Positions 52,013 to 64,000 of a DNA stretch of 64,000 nucleotides are shown piece by piece. The notes beneath the pieces were generated by a model. It was not told the origin of the DNA and ran no database searches. It saw only the letters and a list, made by a program, of their open reading frames with translations. The stretch spans positions 93,064,001 to 93,128,000 of the forward strand of contig NC_086108.1 in assembly GCF_963921235.1 (NCBI RefSeq), read 5' to 3'. Numbering within the stretch: position 1 is the stretch's first letter; every line of letters starts with the position of its first letter. This stretch comes from Mobula hypostoma. Lineage: Eukaryota. Position numbers and translations under genes: made by a program.

Positions 52013-54411
52013 AAACTTGAAACATCTGTGTCTTTTCTCTGTTCTGGATTTATTGTTTAGATCTACGTATATGGAGGGGATAATTGTATGCATGGAACAG
52101 CCCATTTGACCAGCACGTCCATGATGTCCAGTGGGGACTCATCCATATTAATCCATCTTCCAGCGCTTGGCCGGTAGCTTTCTATGCATAAGCAATTCAC
52201 TTTTGCCATTTCTGGAGCATTTGCTAGCTCAGGACAGCATGGATGGAAAGCATGCAAGGAGCCAGCTGGATATGGACTCAGGACCATTCGCCTTGAAGTC
52301 TGGTGCTGATGCCACTATCACTGTTGGTGAATCCCCTCGAAATCTCTTGCCGTTTCCAGTTTTATCTACCGATTATATGTTGGATAGTTTCCTGAAGTAT
52401 CCCTTATCTGTACCCTTCATCATTTTGTCTGTCACATCCCTGCCTGATCTCCATTCCTGGGAAAAAATGTTCTCGCTTCCATCTTGTCTGACCAATCTGA
52501 ATGAATTTTTTTTGACGAGGTAACAAAGTGTATTGATCACATCTTCCCTCTAATGCAGAGAATAGAACTGCAATCAAACTCCTATTGTGTCTGAACAATG
52601 TTTCACAAATTGGAACATAGCCTCCCTTTTCTTGTGTTCATTACAGTGACCAGTGAAGGCCATTGAACATCAATTTCTTCCCCTCTCTGTCTCCTTCTCT
52701 CTTTTTTCTATTCTCCATTCACTCTTTCTGTCCTATCTCTCAGAATATTTTCCAATAAATTCCTACTACTGATGTAGCAGGCCTGTAGTTACCAGTCTCA
52801 AAGGACAAACCCGTGATTGGTAAGTCCCAGTGTGAAGTCTGAAGTTGGAGGCCTGACGTCTGCAAGTCTCAGAGTCCGGACCCAAGGACTGGGGGCCCAG
52901 AGGTGGACTGTCCTGGGGTTGGAGATCTGTCTGTATGTGAAGGAGTGAGTTTGTGGGAAAAGGGGTCGGTTATGCTGTTGTCTTATTTTGTTGTTGTTGC
53001 TGTTTATGTTGTTCTATTGAACTTGTGGGCATTCTATGTTGGTGTATGGTGACACCTGTGGGCAGCCCTCAGCACATCATTGAGTGTGTTGGTTGTAGCA
53101 CAAATGACACATTTCACTGTATGTTTCAATGTACATGTTATAAATAAATCTGAATTTACTCTTCTCCAAGGGGGTTCTGACCACATCTTTTCTCTGTCTG
53201 TTTGGTAATCTCCTTTCATAACAATGTTCGGACTGCAGTGTCTGTATTAAGTCTGGGAACAAGGGAGTAGTCAGACATAGTGGACAAAGAATAATTAGGG
53301 CACTGCTTCTGGGGTTGTTGAAACAAGAGAGGACACTGACGTTGGTTCAATTTTCCTGCCCGTGAATCTGAAGGATATTTGGTCAAGTATGTGGCTGGAG
53401 CTGAGGGTCAGGAAAATGGGCTGGGTCTATAACCAGTGTTGGTGGGATTTGGTAAACGTGGGTCAGTTGTGTGTGCGGTCAGAGCAGAGATCCGGAGCGT
53501 GGGTCAGGTGTGTGACAGGCGTGAGGGTGTCAGGAATCGGGGTAGATTCGTGATCTTCTAATTCATGTGGGTATGTTTGAAAAATCTTTCAAAGCTCAGA
53601 ATAAACCCAAATACTGTGTATGCCCAACAAAATAAAATGCAAAACTTCACTCATTAGAATGGCTAGAACTCTTATTTTTTGGTTCCACTTTATGGAAAAT
53701 AGTTCCTTTTTTATTACAGTTAAGTGTTTGAGAAAATCTTTTTCCATTTATGGGTAAAATGAGTGTGGTTACTGTCAACTGCAACTGAATTGAGATCTGT
53801 AAAGATCAGAGTGTTCAAAGATAGTTTGGTTTATTATTATTGCTGTCATGTGTACAAAGTGCAGTCATTCCACGTTGAGGTAGTAACAGAAATCAGAATG
53901 CAGAATATAGCACAACAGCTATGGGGAAAGTAGAACATAACTAAACAAATAAAGAGCATAAGGCTGTGCTGAGGTCAACTGGAAGATCAGGAATTTATCC
54001 TTGGCATATGAGAGGCCCATTCAATGATCTGTTAACAGTGGGATACAAACCATCCTTGAATCTGGTGGTACATACTTTCAGACTTTCCTAACTTTTTCTG
54101 GATGGAAAGAGGAGGGTGAGAAGTGAGAGTGACTGGGGTAGAAGGGGCCCTTGATTATGTTGGCTGCTTTCCAGAGGCAGATGGAGTCAATGGAAGGAAG
54201 GTAGGTTGGTAGGTTTGCATGACATCGTGGGCTATGTTCACAGTTAATTATAATTTACCAGTGTTTCCCGTGTCACCACAGTCACCCCACTAACCGTACA
54301 ACTCGCAAACATACCGGGTTAATCAGTTGTAGGTGTGGTCATTTTGAAAATTCTGTGTAGCATTCTTGACGTGATTAAAAGTGTAAGTTCTGTGTGGTTG
54401 ATGTTTTTAAA

Positions 54412-55090
54412 ACATAGGAGCAGAGTTAGGCCATTTGGCTCATCAAGTCCGCTCCACCATTCAGTCATGGATGATGTATTATCCCTGTCAGGCCAATTCT
54501 CCTGCCTTCTCCCTAGAAGCTTTGACACCATTACTGATCACAAACCTATCAACCTCTATCTTAAATATAAAAAATGACTTGGCTTGCACAGCTGCCTGTG
54601 GCAATGAATTCCACAGATTCACCACTCCATGGCTGAAGAATTTTTTCTTTGTCTCTGTTCTTACTGGATGTCACCCAATTCTAAAGGTGTGGTTTCTGGT
54701 GCAAGACTCTCCCACTATAGGAAACATCATCTTCATACTGACTCTATTTAAGCCTTCCAGTATTTGATAGGTTTCAATGAGTTCCCCCCTCCTTCTTCTA
54801 AATTCCAGCTAGTAAAGGCTCAGAGCCATCAAACACTCCTCATTGGTTAACCCTTTCAGTCCTGGGGTCATTCCCAAGAACCTCCTCTGGACCCTCACCA
54901 TCACCAACACTTCTTTTCTTAGATAAGGGGCCCAAAACTCCTCACAATATTCCAAGCGCGGTCTGACCAATACCTTATAAAGCCTCAGCATTACATTCCT
55001 GCTTTTGTATTCTAGTCCTCTTGAAGTGAATGCTAACATTTCATTTGCCTTCCTTACCATTGATTGAATCTGCAAGTTAATCTTTAGGGA
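54412..55090 (-). mobile_element. CR1 3' fragment
   Basis: LYKVLVRPRLEYCEEFWAP on the minus strand. Confidence 0.85.
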
Positions 55091-55094
55091 ACTT

Positions 55095-56118
55095 CCACCA
55101 TAAATACACCCACGGACTTGGCCTCCACTGCTGTCTGTGGCAGAGCATTCCACAGATTCACTACTCTCTGGCTAAAAAGGTTCCTCCTCACCTCTGTTCT
55201 AAAGGGTCGCCCTTCAATTTTGAGACTGTGCCCACGAGTTCTGATGGCCCCACCATAGGAAGCATCTTCTCCACATCCACCCCATCTAGTCCTTTCAACA
55301 TTTGGCAGGTTTCAGTGAGATCCCCTCACATTCTTCTAACTGCCAGGGAGTATAGGCCCAAAGCTGCCAAATGCTCCTCATATGTTAATCCTTTCAATCC
55401 TGGAATCATCCTCATGAACCTTCTCTGGACTCTCTCCAATGACAGCTCATCCTTTCTGAGATATGGGGCACAAAGCAATTGACAATACTCCAGGTGCAGC
55501 TGACTAGTATCTTATAAAGGGTCAGCATTATCTCCTTGCTTTTATATTCTATTCCCTTTGAAATAAATGCCAACATTGCATTGTAGACTCAATCTATAAA
55601 TTAACCTTCTGGGAGTCTTGCACGAGACTCCTAAGTCCCTCTGCACCTCTGATGTTTGAGCTTTCTCTCTATTTAATTAATAGTCCGCACTATTGTTCCT
55701 TTTAGCAAAATACATTATTGTACATTTCCCAGCACTGTATTCCATCTGCTACTTTTTTTGCTCATTTTTCCAATTTGTCTAAGTCCTGCTGCAATCACAT
55801 TGCTTCCTCAGCACTACCAACCCTTCCATCTATCTTCGTATCATCCACAAACTTTGCCACAAAGCCATCAATTCCATTATACAAGTCACTGACAAACAAT
55901 GTGAAAAGTAGCGGTCCCAATACTGGCCCCTGAGGAACACCACTAGTCACTGGCAGCCAGCCAGAAAAGGCCCCTTTTATTCCCACTCAGTACCTCCTGC
56001 CTGTCAGCCGTTCCTCTATCCATGCCAGTATCCTTCCTGTAATGCCATTGAATTTTATCTTGTTAAGCAACCTCGTGTCTGGCACCTTATCAAATGCCTT
56101 CTGAAAATCCAAGTAAAA
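55095..56118 (-). mobile_element. CR1 RT fragment
   Basis: SGVPQGPVLGPLLF...KFVDDTK. Confidence 0.85.
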
Positions 56119-57047
56119 TGATTGAATTTTTTGAGGATGTGACTAAACACATTGATGAAGGTAGAGCAGTAGATGTAGTGTATATAGATTTCAGCAAGAC
56201 ATTTGACAATACCACATGCAAGGCTTATTGAGAAAGTAAGGAGGCATGGGATCCAAGGGGACATTGCTTTCTGAATCCAGAACTGGCTTGCCCACAGAAG
56301 ACAAAGAGTGTTGTAGATGGGTCATCTTCTGCATGGAGGTCGGTTACCAGTGGTGCCTCAGGGATCTGTTCTGGGACCCCTACTCTTCATGGTTTTTATA
56401 AATGACCTGGATGAGGAAGTGGAGGGATGGGTTAGTAAATTTGCTGATGGCACAAAGGTTGGAGGTGTTGTGGATAGTGTGGAGGGCTGTCAGAGGTTAC
56501 AGCAGGACATTGATAGGATGCAAAATTGGGCTGAGAAATGGCAGATGGAGTTCAATCCACATAAGTATGAGGTGGTTCATTTCGGTAGGTCAAATATGAT
56601 GACAGAATATATTATTAATGGTAAGCCTCTTGCCACTGTGGAAGATCAGAGGGATCTTGGGGTCCGAGTCCATAGGACACTCAAAGCTGCTGTGCAGATT
56701 GACTCTGTGGTTAATACGGTGCATTGGCCTTCATCAATTGTGGGATTGAGTTTGGGAGCCGAGAGGTAATGTTGCAGCTCTATAGGACCCTGGTCAGACC
56801 CCACTTGGAGTACTGTGCTCAGTTCTGGTTGACTCACTATTGGAAGGATATGGAAACCATAGAAAAGGTGCAGAGGAGATTTACAAGGATGTTGCCTGGA
56901 TTGAGGAGCATACGTTATGAGAATAGGTTGAGTGAACTCGGCCTTTTTTCTTTGGAGCAACGGAGGACGAGAGGTGACCTGATAGAAGTGTATAAGATGA
57001 TGAGAGGCATTGATCGTGTGGACAGTCGAAGACTTTTTCCCCGGGAA
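56118..57047 (+). mobile_element. CR1 RT fragment, same subfamily as 285-1413
   Basis: PQGSVLGPLLFMVFINDL, LVRPHLEYCAQFW; lacks its 3' tail. Confidence 0.9.
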
Positions 57048-57173
57048 GGTAGGTTTGCATGACATCATGGGTTATGTTCACAGCTAATTATAATTTACCA
57101 GTGTTTACCATGTCACCACAGTCATCCCACTAACTGTACAATTCACAAATATACCAGGTTAATCAGTGGTACA

Positions 57174-58540
57174 TGAAACCCCGGTTTCCTTGGGCCGCAT
57201 AATTCTAGGGAATACACACTTCGGTCCCGCCAAATCCGTGAGGTTGGGTTGGCTCTCCCACCTCAAACTGCGGTTTCAGTGGATGCTGCGTAATTTGCTA
57301 CCCTTTTACAACTCAGTGCCAAGAAATAGCAGACAGCACACTGCATACGATTGAAGGAATTATATTTATGAATTTTAACTGAAGGGTTAGTAAAGAAAAG
57401 AAAGAACACAAAAACAAAAAGGGCCCGTTATAATTAAACAGTCAAATGTGCACAAGTTGGAGCTCAACTCTTCTAAAAGTCATATTCACCGATCCTCAGT
57501 CGACCTCCGCACCTTGCTCCATCAAATCATGGTCCCCCACGGGGTCAAATCCTATGACTGGTTCTCTCCAGCGGTCTTCTCTTTTCAACTCTCTCCCCAC
57601 AGAAATGGCCCCAGGTTACACCGGTGTCAGGCAGACAAAAAAACCCACTCCCCTGATTGGATGGCTTACATACCAAAGCACCCGTTATCTCAGAGGTTTC
57701 AAAGGCACACTTAATGTCAGAGAAATGTATACGTAAGTACCTCCTGAAATGCTTTTTCTTCACAAACATCCATAAAAAGCAGAGGAGTGCCCCCGAAGAA
57801 TTAAATGTTAGAACACCAAAGTCCCCCCCCCGATACGCTCCCTCCTGCACATAAGCTGCAGCAAGCAACATCCCCTTCGTCCCACCAGCAAAAAAACTCA
57901 TCGGCACCCACCACCGAGCACTCAAGCGTGAGCGAAGACACAGACTTGCAGTACCCCAAAGATTTCTTGTTCACCCGGTATTCGACATACCACAGGCTCT
58001 CTCTTTCCCTATAAAGGAGAAAGAGATGTCTCCATTTCACAGCGAGAGGGGAGACAGAAAAAACAACTCACTGGTTTATGTTGTTAAAAGTTCGTTGTGT
58101 CGCTCTTTCTGAGCTCTGTGCCCAAAGACCTCAGCCAGAGATCTTCTGTCTCCAATGACACTCTGAGCTCCTGCAGAGGCACCAACCTCCAATCCCCTTG
58201 TCTCCAGAGCCATGAAATCTCAGTCCTCCGAAGGCAGACGAAGCTCTTAGGCCAAGCCCTTGGTGTGCCAAACAACGGCCAGTCATGAAACCCCAAGAGT
58301 GGGTTCCATTCCTGCAAAGAACCGTAGTCAGTGTGTAACTCCAGATCAGGGTCTTCAAAAGAACCCTGAAAGGGAAAATTAGTGAAATTAAAGATGGAAA
58401 TAGAGTCCGAAAATGCAAGCAAAGGACTCGCCGTTAGGCGCCATTAATCCTCCTAAGCTCCTTCCTCTAACCATAACCCAAACACTGCTTCAACAGAAAG
58501 ACTATTATGTTAGCAGTGAAACCTTTACCAGGGTGCTACA
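57174..58540. mobile_element. Probable solo LTR containing a nested retroposon (about 57690-58092, minus)
   Basis: taca|TGaaacccc...gggtgctaCA|tata; absent from the paralogous block at about 54330. Confidence 0.55.
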
Positions 58541-58626
58541 TATATATGGTCTGTGTAGCATTCCTGACGCGATTAAAAGTGCAAGTTCTGCATGGTTGAT
58601 ATTTAATGGCAGCGTATTGTTTTATC

Positions 58627-59440
58627 ATAAGACTGTAAGACATAGGAGCAGGGTTATGCCATTTGGCTCATCGAGTCTGCTCCATCATTCAATCGTGGAT
58701 GATGTATTCTCCCTCTCAAGCCCATTCTCGCGCTTTCTCCGCGTAACCTTTGACATCCTTGCTAATCGAAAACCTGTCAACCTCAGCATTAAGTGTATAA
58801 AATGACTTGACTTGCACAGCCGCCTGTGGCAATGAATTCCACAGATATGCCACCTTCTGGCTAAAGAAATTTTTCCTCATCTCTATTTTAAGTGGCTGTC
58901 CCTGTATTCCGAGGCTGTGCCTTCTGGAACTAGACTCCCCAACTATGGAAACATCATCTCCACATCCACTCTGTCTAGACCTTTCAATATTTGATAGGTT
59001 TCAATGAGATCCGCCCAGTTCTTCTAAACTTCAGCAAGTACAGGCTCAGAGCCATCAAACACTCCTCATAGGTTAACCCTTTCATTCCTGGCATCATTCT
59101 CGTGAACCTCCTCTGAACCCTTTCCAATGCCATCACATCTTTTCTGAGATGTGGCCCAAAACTCCTCATAATATTCTAAGTGCTGTCTGACTAATACCTT
59201 ATGAAGCCTCGGCATTACATTCTTGCATTTGTATTCTAGTCCTCTCGATATGATCACCAACATTTCGTTTGTCTTCCAACTCAACCTGTAAGTTATCTTT
59301 TGGGAATTCTCCACGAGAACTTTGATTTTTTGAGTTTTCTCCTCATTTAGAGAACAGTCCATGCCTTCATTCCTTCTACCAAAGTGCATGACTATACACT
59401 ATGTTCCACATGCCACTTCCTTGCCCATTCTCCCAATTTG
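58627..59440 (-). mobile_element. CR1 3' fragment, paralog of 54412-55090
   Basis: cataagactgtaagacatagg tail; ALERVQRRFTRMMPGMKGLTYEE. Confidence 0.85.
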
Positions 59441-60217
59441 TTTAAAAGAGCAGTGGAAATTGCTGTTTCAATGGAAACTACAGACAGAGATGCAATTGAG
59501 TAGCAGTCAGGAATGAAAGTGAGCGTGAACAAAATTGCATCGTCTTAACAGAAACCAGTCTGGTCATACGAATTGTGTTACTGTTGTGGCAGGGGCTCAC
59601 GTACACCAAACAAATACAGGTTTAAGGGTAACCCTTGTAGAAAATACAACAAAGTAGGACACATGCAAAGAACATGTTGGGCAGACTAAATAAATGTCCT
59701 GCACAGGAAGGAGAAAAATATGAACAGCCAAGTTACAGCTTCAGAAAGGGCATTAATCTGCATGCTATTGATGAAAATTCAGGTAACAATAAGAGTGATA
59801 TAGGATTTTGTAGCCTTGAAATTTACACTGTGAAAATTAACAATAGTCAATCAACATGGCTCACACCAGAAGTGAACAGAAAATTATTTTAATTAAAATT
59901 GGACACTGGATCAGTGTTTCAGTGGTTCCACAAAATAAGTTTGATGAAATTTCAAAATACCAACTTGAAATCCAACTAAGAACTTATACTGCAGATAAAT
60001 AACTCCTGTGGGAATGACATCTGTAACGGTGAAATACAACCACCAACAAGCCACATTGAGCTTGTATGTGGTAAAAGCAAAAGGGCCAGCATTGTGGAAG
60101 TATGATTGGCTGAGACAACTACAACTTGATTGGAGATCCATGCACCACTTGTATGCCACATCCCCTGCAATGAATCCAACAGCAAGCGAATAAAGAAATG
60201 CGCTAGATGATGCCACA

Positions 60218-60910
60218 ACTGTCTCCGTGCTGAATACCATGAACTGTTGCCCAACAGAGGACTAACAGGTGTTGGCAACAACCTCTTTGCTTCCGGTTGG
60301 AAAGCATATTGGACCAAGGAAGGGCCATGCTGCTCAGAGAAGCATGAAAGTGACAAAAGCAACAAGAGTTTTTATAGGCAACATATCAGAGAAAGCTTCC
60401 TATAGGTTAATCAGGCAGTTACTTGCAAAATGTGGCATGGTTTTAAGCTTGGAGAGAGTTTCAAGGAGCTTCAGGAAAGTTGCAAGCATTCAACTTTTTT
60501 GAATATAAAGTTCCAGAATCTACACGGGATGCATTAAGATTATTGTGTGAACCTCAAGCGGGAGACAAAAAACTGCTTGTAGAAGTAAATGTAAAGACCA
60601 AAGCCCAGCTGGATGAAGAGAAGGCTGAAGAGAAGGCAGTCAATGGAGTTATGAAAACTAAGGATTTGTTGTGGATGAAGAAACCCAGAGGAGAGATCAA
60701 TCATAAAGGGAGCAATAGTTGAATTAATAAGAGAATACTCAAGCAAACTAAATGCACCTTCACAAGATCAAGATGTACAAACTAAAAGAAGAAAGAGAGA
60801 AGAGTTGGAGAGAAAAAATGTGAATGAGAAAGAGAAAGATGTGAAAGAGAGAAGGAATGTGAGAAAGAAAAAGAAAGGGATCAGAGTAGATCCAGAGAGA
60901 GAAAAGAAGG
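60218..60910 (+). pseudogene. RBM25: Captured intronless RBM25 fragment, second copy
   Basis: VGKHIGPRKGH, VFIGNISEKASYRLIRQLLAKCGMVLSLERV, QAFNFFEYKVPESTRDALRLL, GDKKLLVEVNVKTKAQLDE, LIREYSSKLNAPSQ, then an RE/RS-like tract. Confidence 0.92.
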
Positions 60911-61199
60911 GGAAAGGTGGCCTCCACTGTCAGAACCGCTCTTTGCAATCTCAGAGTTAACTCCTGTAACCACGACGGAGGAGGTCCCAGAACCTGAGAT
61001 TGTTTCACAGCCATAAGCAGAGTGACCCCCTTTGTCAGGAAAGATGTTTTCCCCCAAGAGAAAGATATCCTCCACAGTGATTAAATCTTTGGGACAATTT
61101 AAAATTTACTATGGTGTGGATGTCTGTATATAGTAGTTGTATAGTATAGTTGAGGTACATTCTGTATTGAGTTGGAGCTTATAGCTAAGCAGGGAGAAG

Positions 61200-61422
61200 T
61201 GTTGTGTATTTAATATTTCAATATTATTTGAATAAGCTTGTATATATACTGTTTGATGAAGCACTCATTCAAAAAATTAATTATGGATTATATGTAAAAA
61301 AACACTAATTGCATAAATTATGCTACTACATGATATGTTCACACCTTACTTAAAGATGTATTTATTGGACTCTTGTGTTTCCTTTGAATTAGTTTAATAT
61401 TTTGAAGTTACAAAACATTACT
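61200..61422 (+). repeat. 3' LTR of copy C
   Basis: tgttgtgtatttaatatttc...gaagttacaaaacattac. Confidence 0.82.
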
Positions 61423-61594
61423 ATTATGTTTTCAAATTGCCAGCATGAGGTGAAATCTTCTTCAATCATATGCACAGATTCCTAAATGAGAAACTTTTAG
61501 TTTTAAAAGAAACTATGCTTCTAGAACAATCAGGCACTAATTCTTGACAAAGCAGTACCATTCATTAAGATATTTTATAATATTAAGGCATATA

Positions 61595-62262
61595 CAGTAG
61601 ATTCTGGTTAATTAGGGCATATCAGGACCAGTGAATTTTGGCCCAACTAAGCGGCTGCCCTAATTAGCCAAAGTTTCATAGAAATAGTAAAAGGTATCAA
61701 AAGGTCAAACTACCATTTAACTGAGTATTTATATATATTTAAATGAAAAGCAGAATAAATTAGAACACCACCAATACCTTTTCAGTACTATAAAATTGCA
61801 ACATTCAAGATAATTGTAGATACCTTTGCAATTCCTAACTTGTTGAAGTAGCGTAATAGTTTCATTTTCACTCCTGGCTGCTTCTGGCATGCCCAAGCCT
61901 GAATGCTTGAAACTGTGGTGAGCAAAACAGTTCTGAACTGTCTTACTGCTTATTTCCGTAAATCTTTCTTACCATCAGTGAGAAAACCACTGCTTTTTGA
62001 ATACAAACACACGCAACTGGTGCTATTTAAAAACCAATTGCTCCAAGCACTGTGTAGTGTCTAACATCCATGCAAGTGCATGTGATTGATGCTAGTTAGA
62101 AACTGTTCAGCAATAGTTTCAAGCCCCAATTAAGCAGCATGTTGTCCCAAATAAATGAAGGGAATCCTACCTACTTTCTCGATATAGTTTTTGTTCTTTA
62201 AGGGTTGTCCCAAATAAAGGGCTGTCTCGATTAAACAACACCAAATTAACTAGAATCCACTG
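61595..62262. mobile_element. Tigger/pogo-like MITE, complete
   Basis: TA|cagtagattctggttaatt ... aattaactagaatccactg|TA. Confidence 0.8.
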
Positions 62263-62279
62263 TATATAACATTAGGGAG

Positions 62280-62795
62280 GTCTTCAAAAGGACTTAGACA
62301 GAGTAGGACAATGGGCAAAGAACTGGCAGATGGAATATAATGAAGGCAAGTCTACGGTCATGCACTTTGGTGGAAGAAATAAAGGCATAAACTATTTTTC
62401 AAATGGGAAGAAAATTCAGAAATCAGAGATGCAAAAGGACTTGGGAGTCCTTGTGCAGAAGTCCTAAACGGTTAACTTGCAGGGTGAGCCGGTGGTAAGG
62501 AAGGCATATGCGATGTTAGCATTCATTTCGAGTGGACAAGAATATAAAAGCAAGAATGTAATGCTGAGGCTTTATAAGGCATTGGTTAGATCGCACTGAG
62601 CATATTACGTACAGTTTTGGGCCCCTTATGCCTCTAATCTAAAAAAAAGGATGTATTGGCATTGAAAATGGTCCAGAGGAGGTTCACAAGAATGATCCCA
62701 GGAATGAAAGGTTTAACGTGATGGAATAGCGGAGAAAATTCGATGGGCTGAATGACCTAATTTTGCTCCTATGTCTTATTGTCTTTTGGTCTTAT
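62280..62795 (+). mobile_element. Decayed CR1 fragment
   Basis: caaaaggacttagacaga...gtcatgcactttggt; 3' cctatgtcttattgtc tail. Confidence 0.8.
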
Positions 62796-63159
62796 ATAGA
62801 AACAAAGTTATTCATTGAAATGAATAGAACAGTGCAGTGGTATTGATCAGCCTAGCAAGTTCTGATTCCTTTGCACAGGTATTCAGTCAGTCCAATCCTT
62901 GACTCTTTCCCATATTGCAGCACTTCCGCTTTCCATTAAGCTTTTATACTAATCCTTTATGAAATCTATTTAACCACTGTAGCACTCAGTCAATTCTAGA
63001 CCTTAAGCATTTGTTATGTTAACATTTTTTGCTTACATCACTGTTGATTTTTTTTTGCACCTTGGATAGGAAGTGGATTAGTCACAACAAACAGGTTTCA
63101 GTAAACAATGAATGTATTTCATACATCGAAGGACTGCAGAAAAGAGTCATGCTTTATGG

Positions 63160-64000
63160 GTTACTTACTTCTCGTGATTTTTATTAACGACCTGGATGTG
63201 GGGGTAGAAGGGTGAGTTGGCAAGCTTGCAGACAACACAAAAGTTGGTGGTGTTGTAGATAGTGTAGAGGATTGTCGAAGATTGCAGAGAGACATTGATA
63301 GGATGCAGAAGTGGGCTGAGAAGTGGCAGATGGAGTTCAACCCGGAGAAGTGTGAGGTGGTACACTTTGGAAGGACAAACTCCAAGGCAGAGTACAAAGT
63401 AAATGGCAGGCTACTTGGTAGTGTGGAGGAGCAGAGGGATCTGGGGGTACATGTCCACAGATCCCTGAAAGTTGCCTCACAGGTGGATAGGGTAGTTAAG
63501 AAAGCTTATGGGGTGTTAGCTTTCATAAGTCGAGGGATAGAGTTTAAGAGTCGCGATGTAATGATGCGGCTCTATAAACCTCTGGTTAGGTCACACTTGG
63601 AGTACTGTGTCTAGTTCTGGTCGCCTCACTGTAGGAAGGATGTGGGAGCATTGGAAAGGGTACAGAGGAGATTTACCAGGATGCTGCCTGGTTTAGAAGG
63701 TATGCATTATGATCAGAGATTAAGGGAGCTAGGGCTTTACTCTTTGGAGAGGAGGAGGATGAGAGGAGACATGACAGAGGTGTACAAGATAATAAGAGGA
63801 ATAGATAGAGTGGATAGCCAGCGCCTCTTCCTCTGGGCACCACTGCTCAATACAAGAGGACATGGCTTTAAGGTAAGGGTTGGGAAGTTCAAGGGGGATA
63901 TTAGAGGAAGGTTTTTTACTCAGAGAGTGGTTGGTGCATGGAGTGCGCTGTCTGAGTCAGTGGTGGAGGCAGATACACTAGTGAAGTTTAAGAGACTACT
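63160..64000 (+). mobile_element. CR1 RT C-half, runs off the window
   Basis: QRDIDRMQKWAEKWQMEFNPEKCEVVHFG...LVRSHLEYCV. Confidence 0.93.

Larger units (their letters stand above)
59441..61422 (+). mobile_element. Gypsy copy C, 5'-truncated: gag end-PR-[RBM25 fragment]-IN tail-PPT-LTR
   Basis: Colinear with 39003-40398 plus 43211-43838; LDTGS protease motif near 59900; PPT aagcagggagaag; LTR from 61200. Confidence 0.88.

Noticed and set aside
55095..57047. A single inverted CR1 insertion at the 56118 head-to-head junction
   Set aside because: The two arms overlap in RT coordinates and look like different subfamilies, so two insertions or a rearrangement is more likely.
38064..61427. One giant LTR element from 38069 to 61422 with TSD actat/attat
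   Set aside because: Copy B already has its own 3' LTR at 43601, and the imperfect AT-rich 5-mer match is easily chance.
1..64000. Prokaryotic systems (CRISPR, retron, operons)
   Set aside because: There are no repeat-spacer arrays or dense intact ORFs, and all RTs are eukaryotic LINE or LTR types.

Overview
This is non-genic, repeat-saturated vertebrate DNA. The CR1/HER1-type LINEs, HE1-like V-SINEs and Penelope-derived ends point to a cartilaginous fish (shark or ray); that assignment is inference. No intact host gene is visible, and almost all recognisable ORFs are decayed retroelement pieces (CR1, Rex-Babar, RTE, Penelope, Gypsy, Copia), plus hAT, Tc1/mariner and Tigger MITEs. The main result is a Gypsy (Mag-like) LTR family present as three long copies and one solo LTR. 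In two copies (38069-43838 and 59441-61422) RT/RNase H/integrase is replaced by an intronless fragment of the host splicing-factor gene RBM25. Both copies share the same junctions, and the RBM25 RRM is in frame with the protease region. This indicates a non-autonomous LTR element that captured a cellular mRNA and was then copied. Other notable items are a Ty1/Copia relic (uncommon in vertebrates), about ten Penelope-associated minimal hammerhead ribozyme motifs of two types (often as inverted pairs), a local duplication at 54.2-59.3 kb and deep element nesting. Boundaries were read by eye and are approximate unless a TIR, TSD or LTR terminus is quoted.
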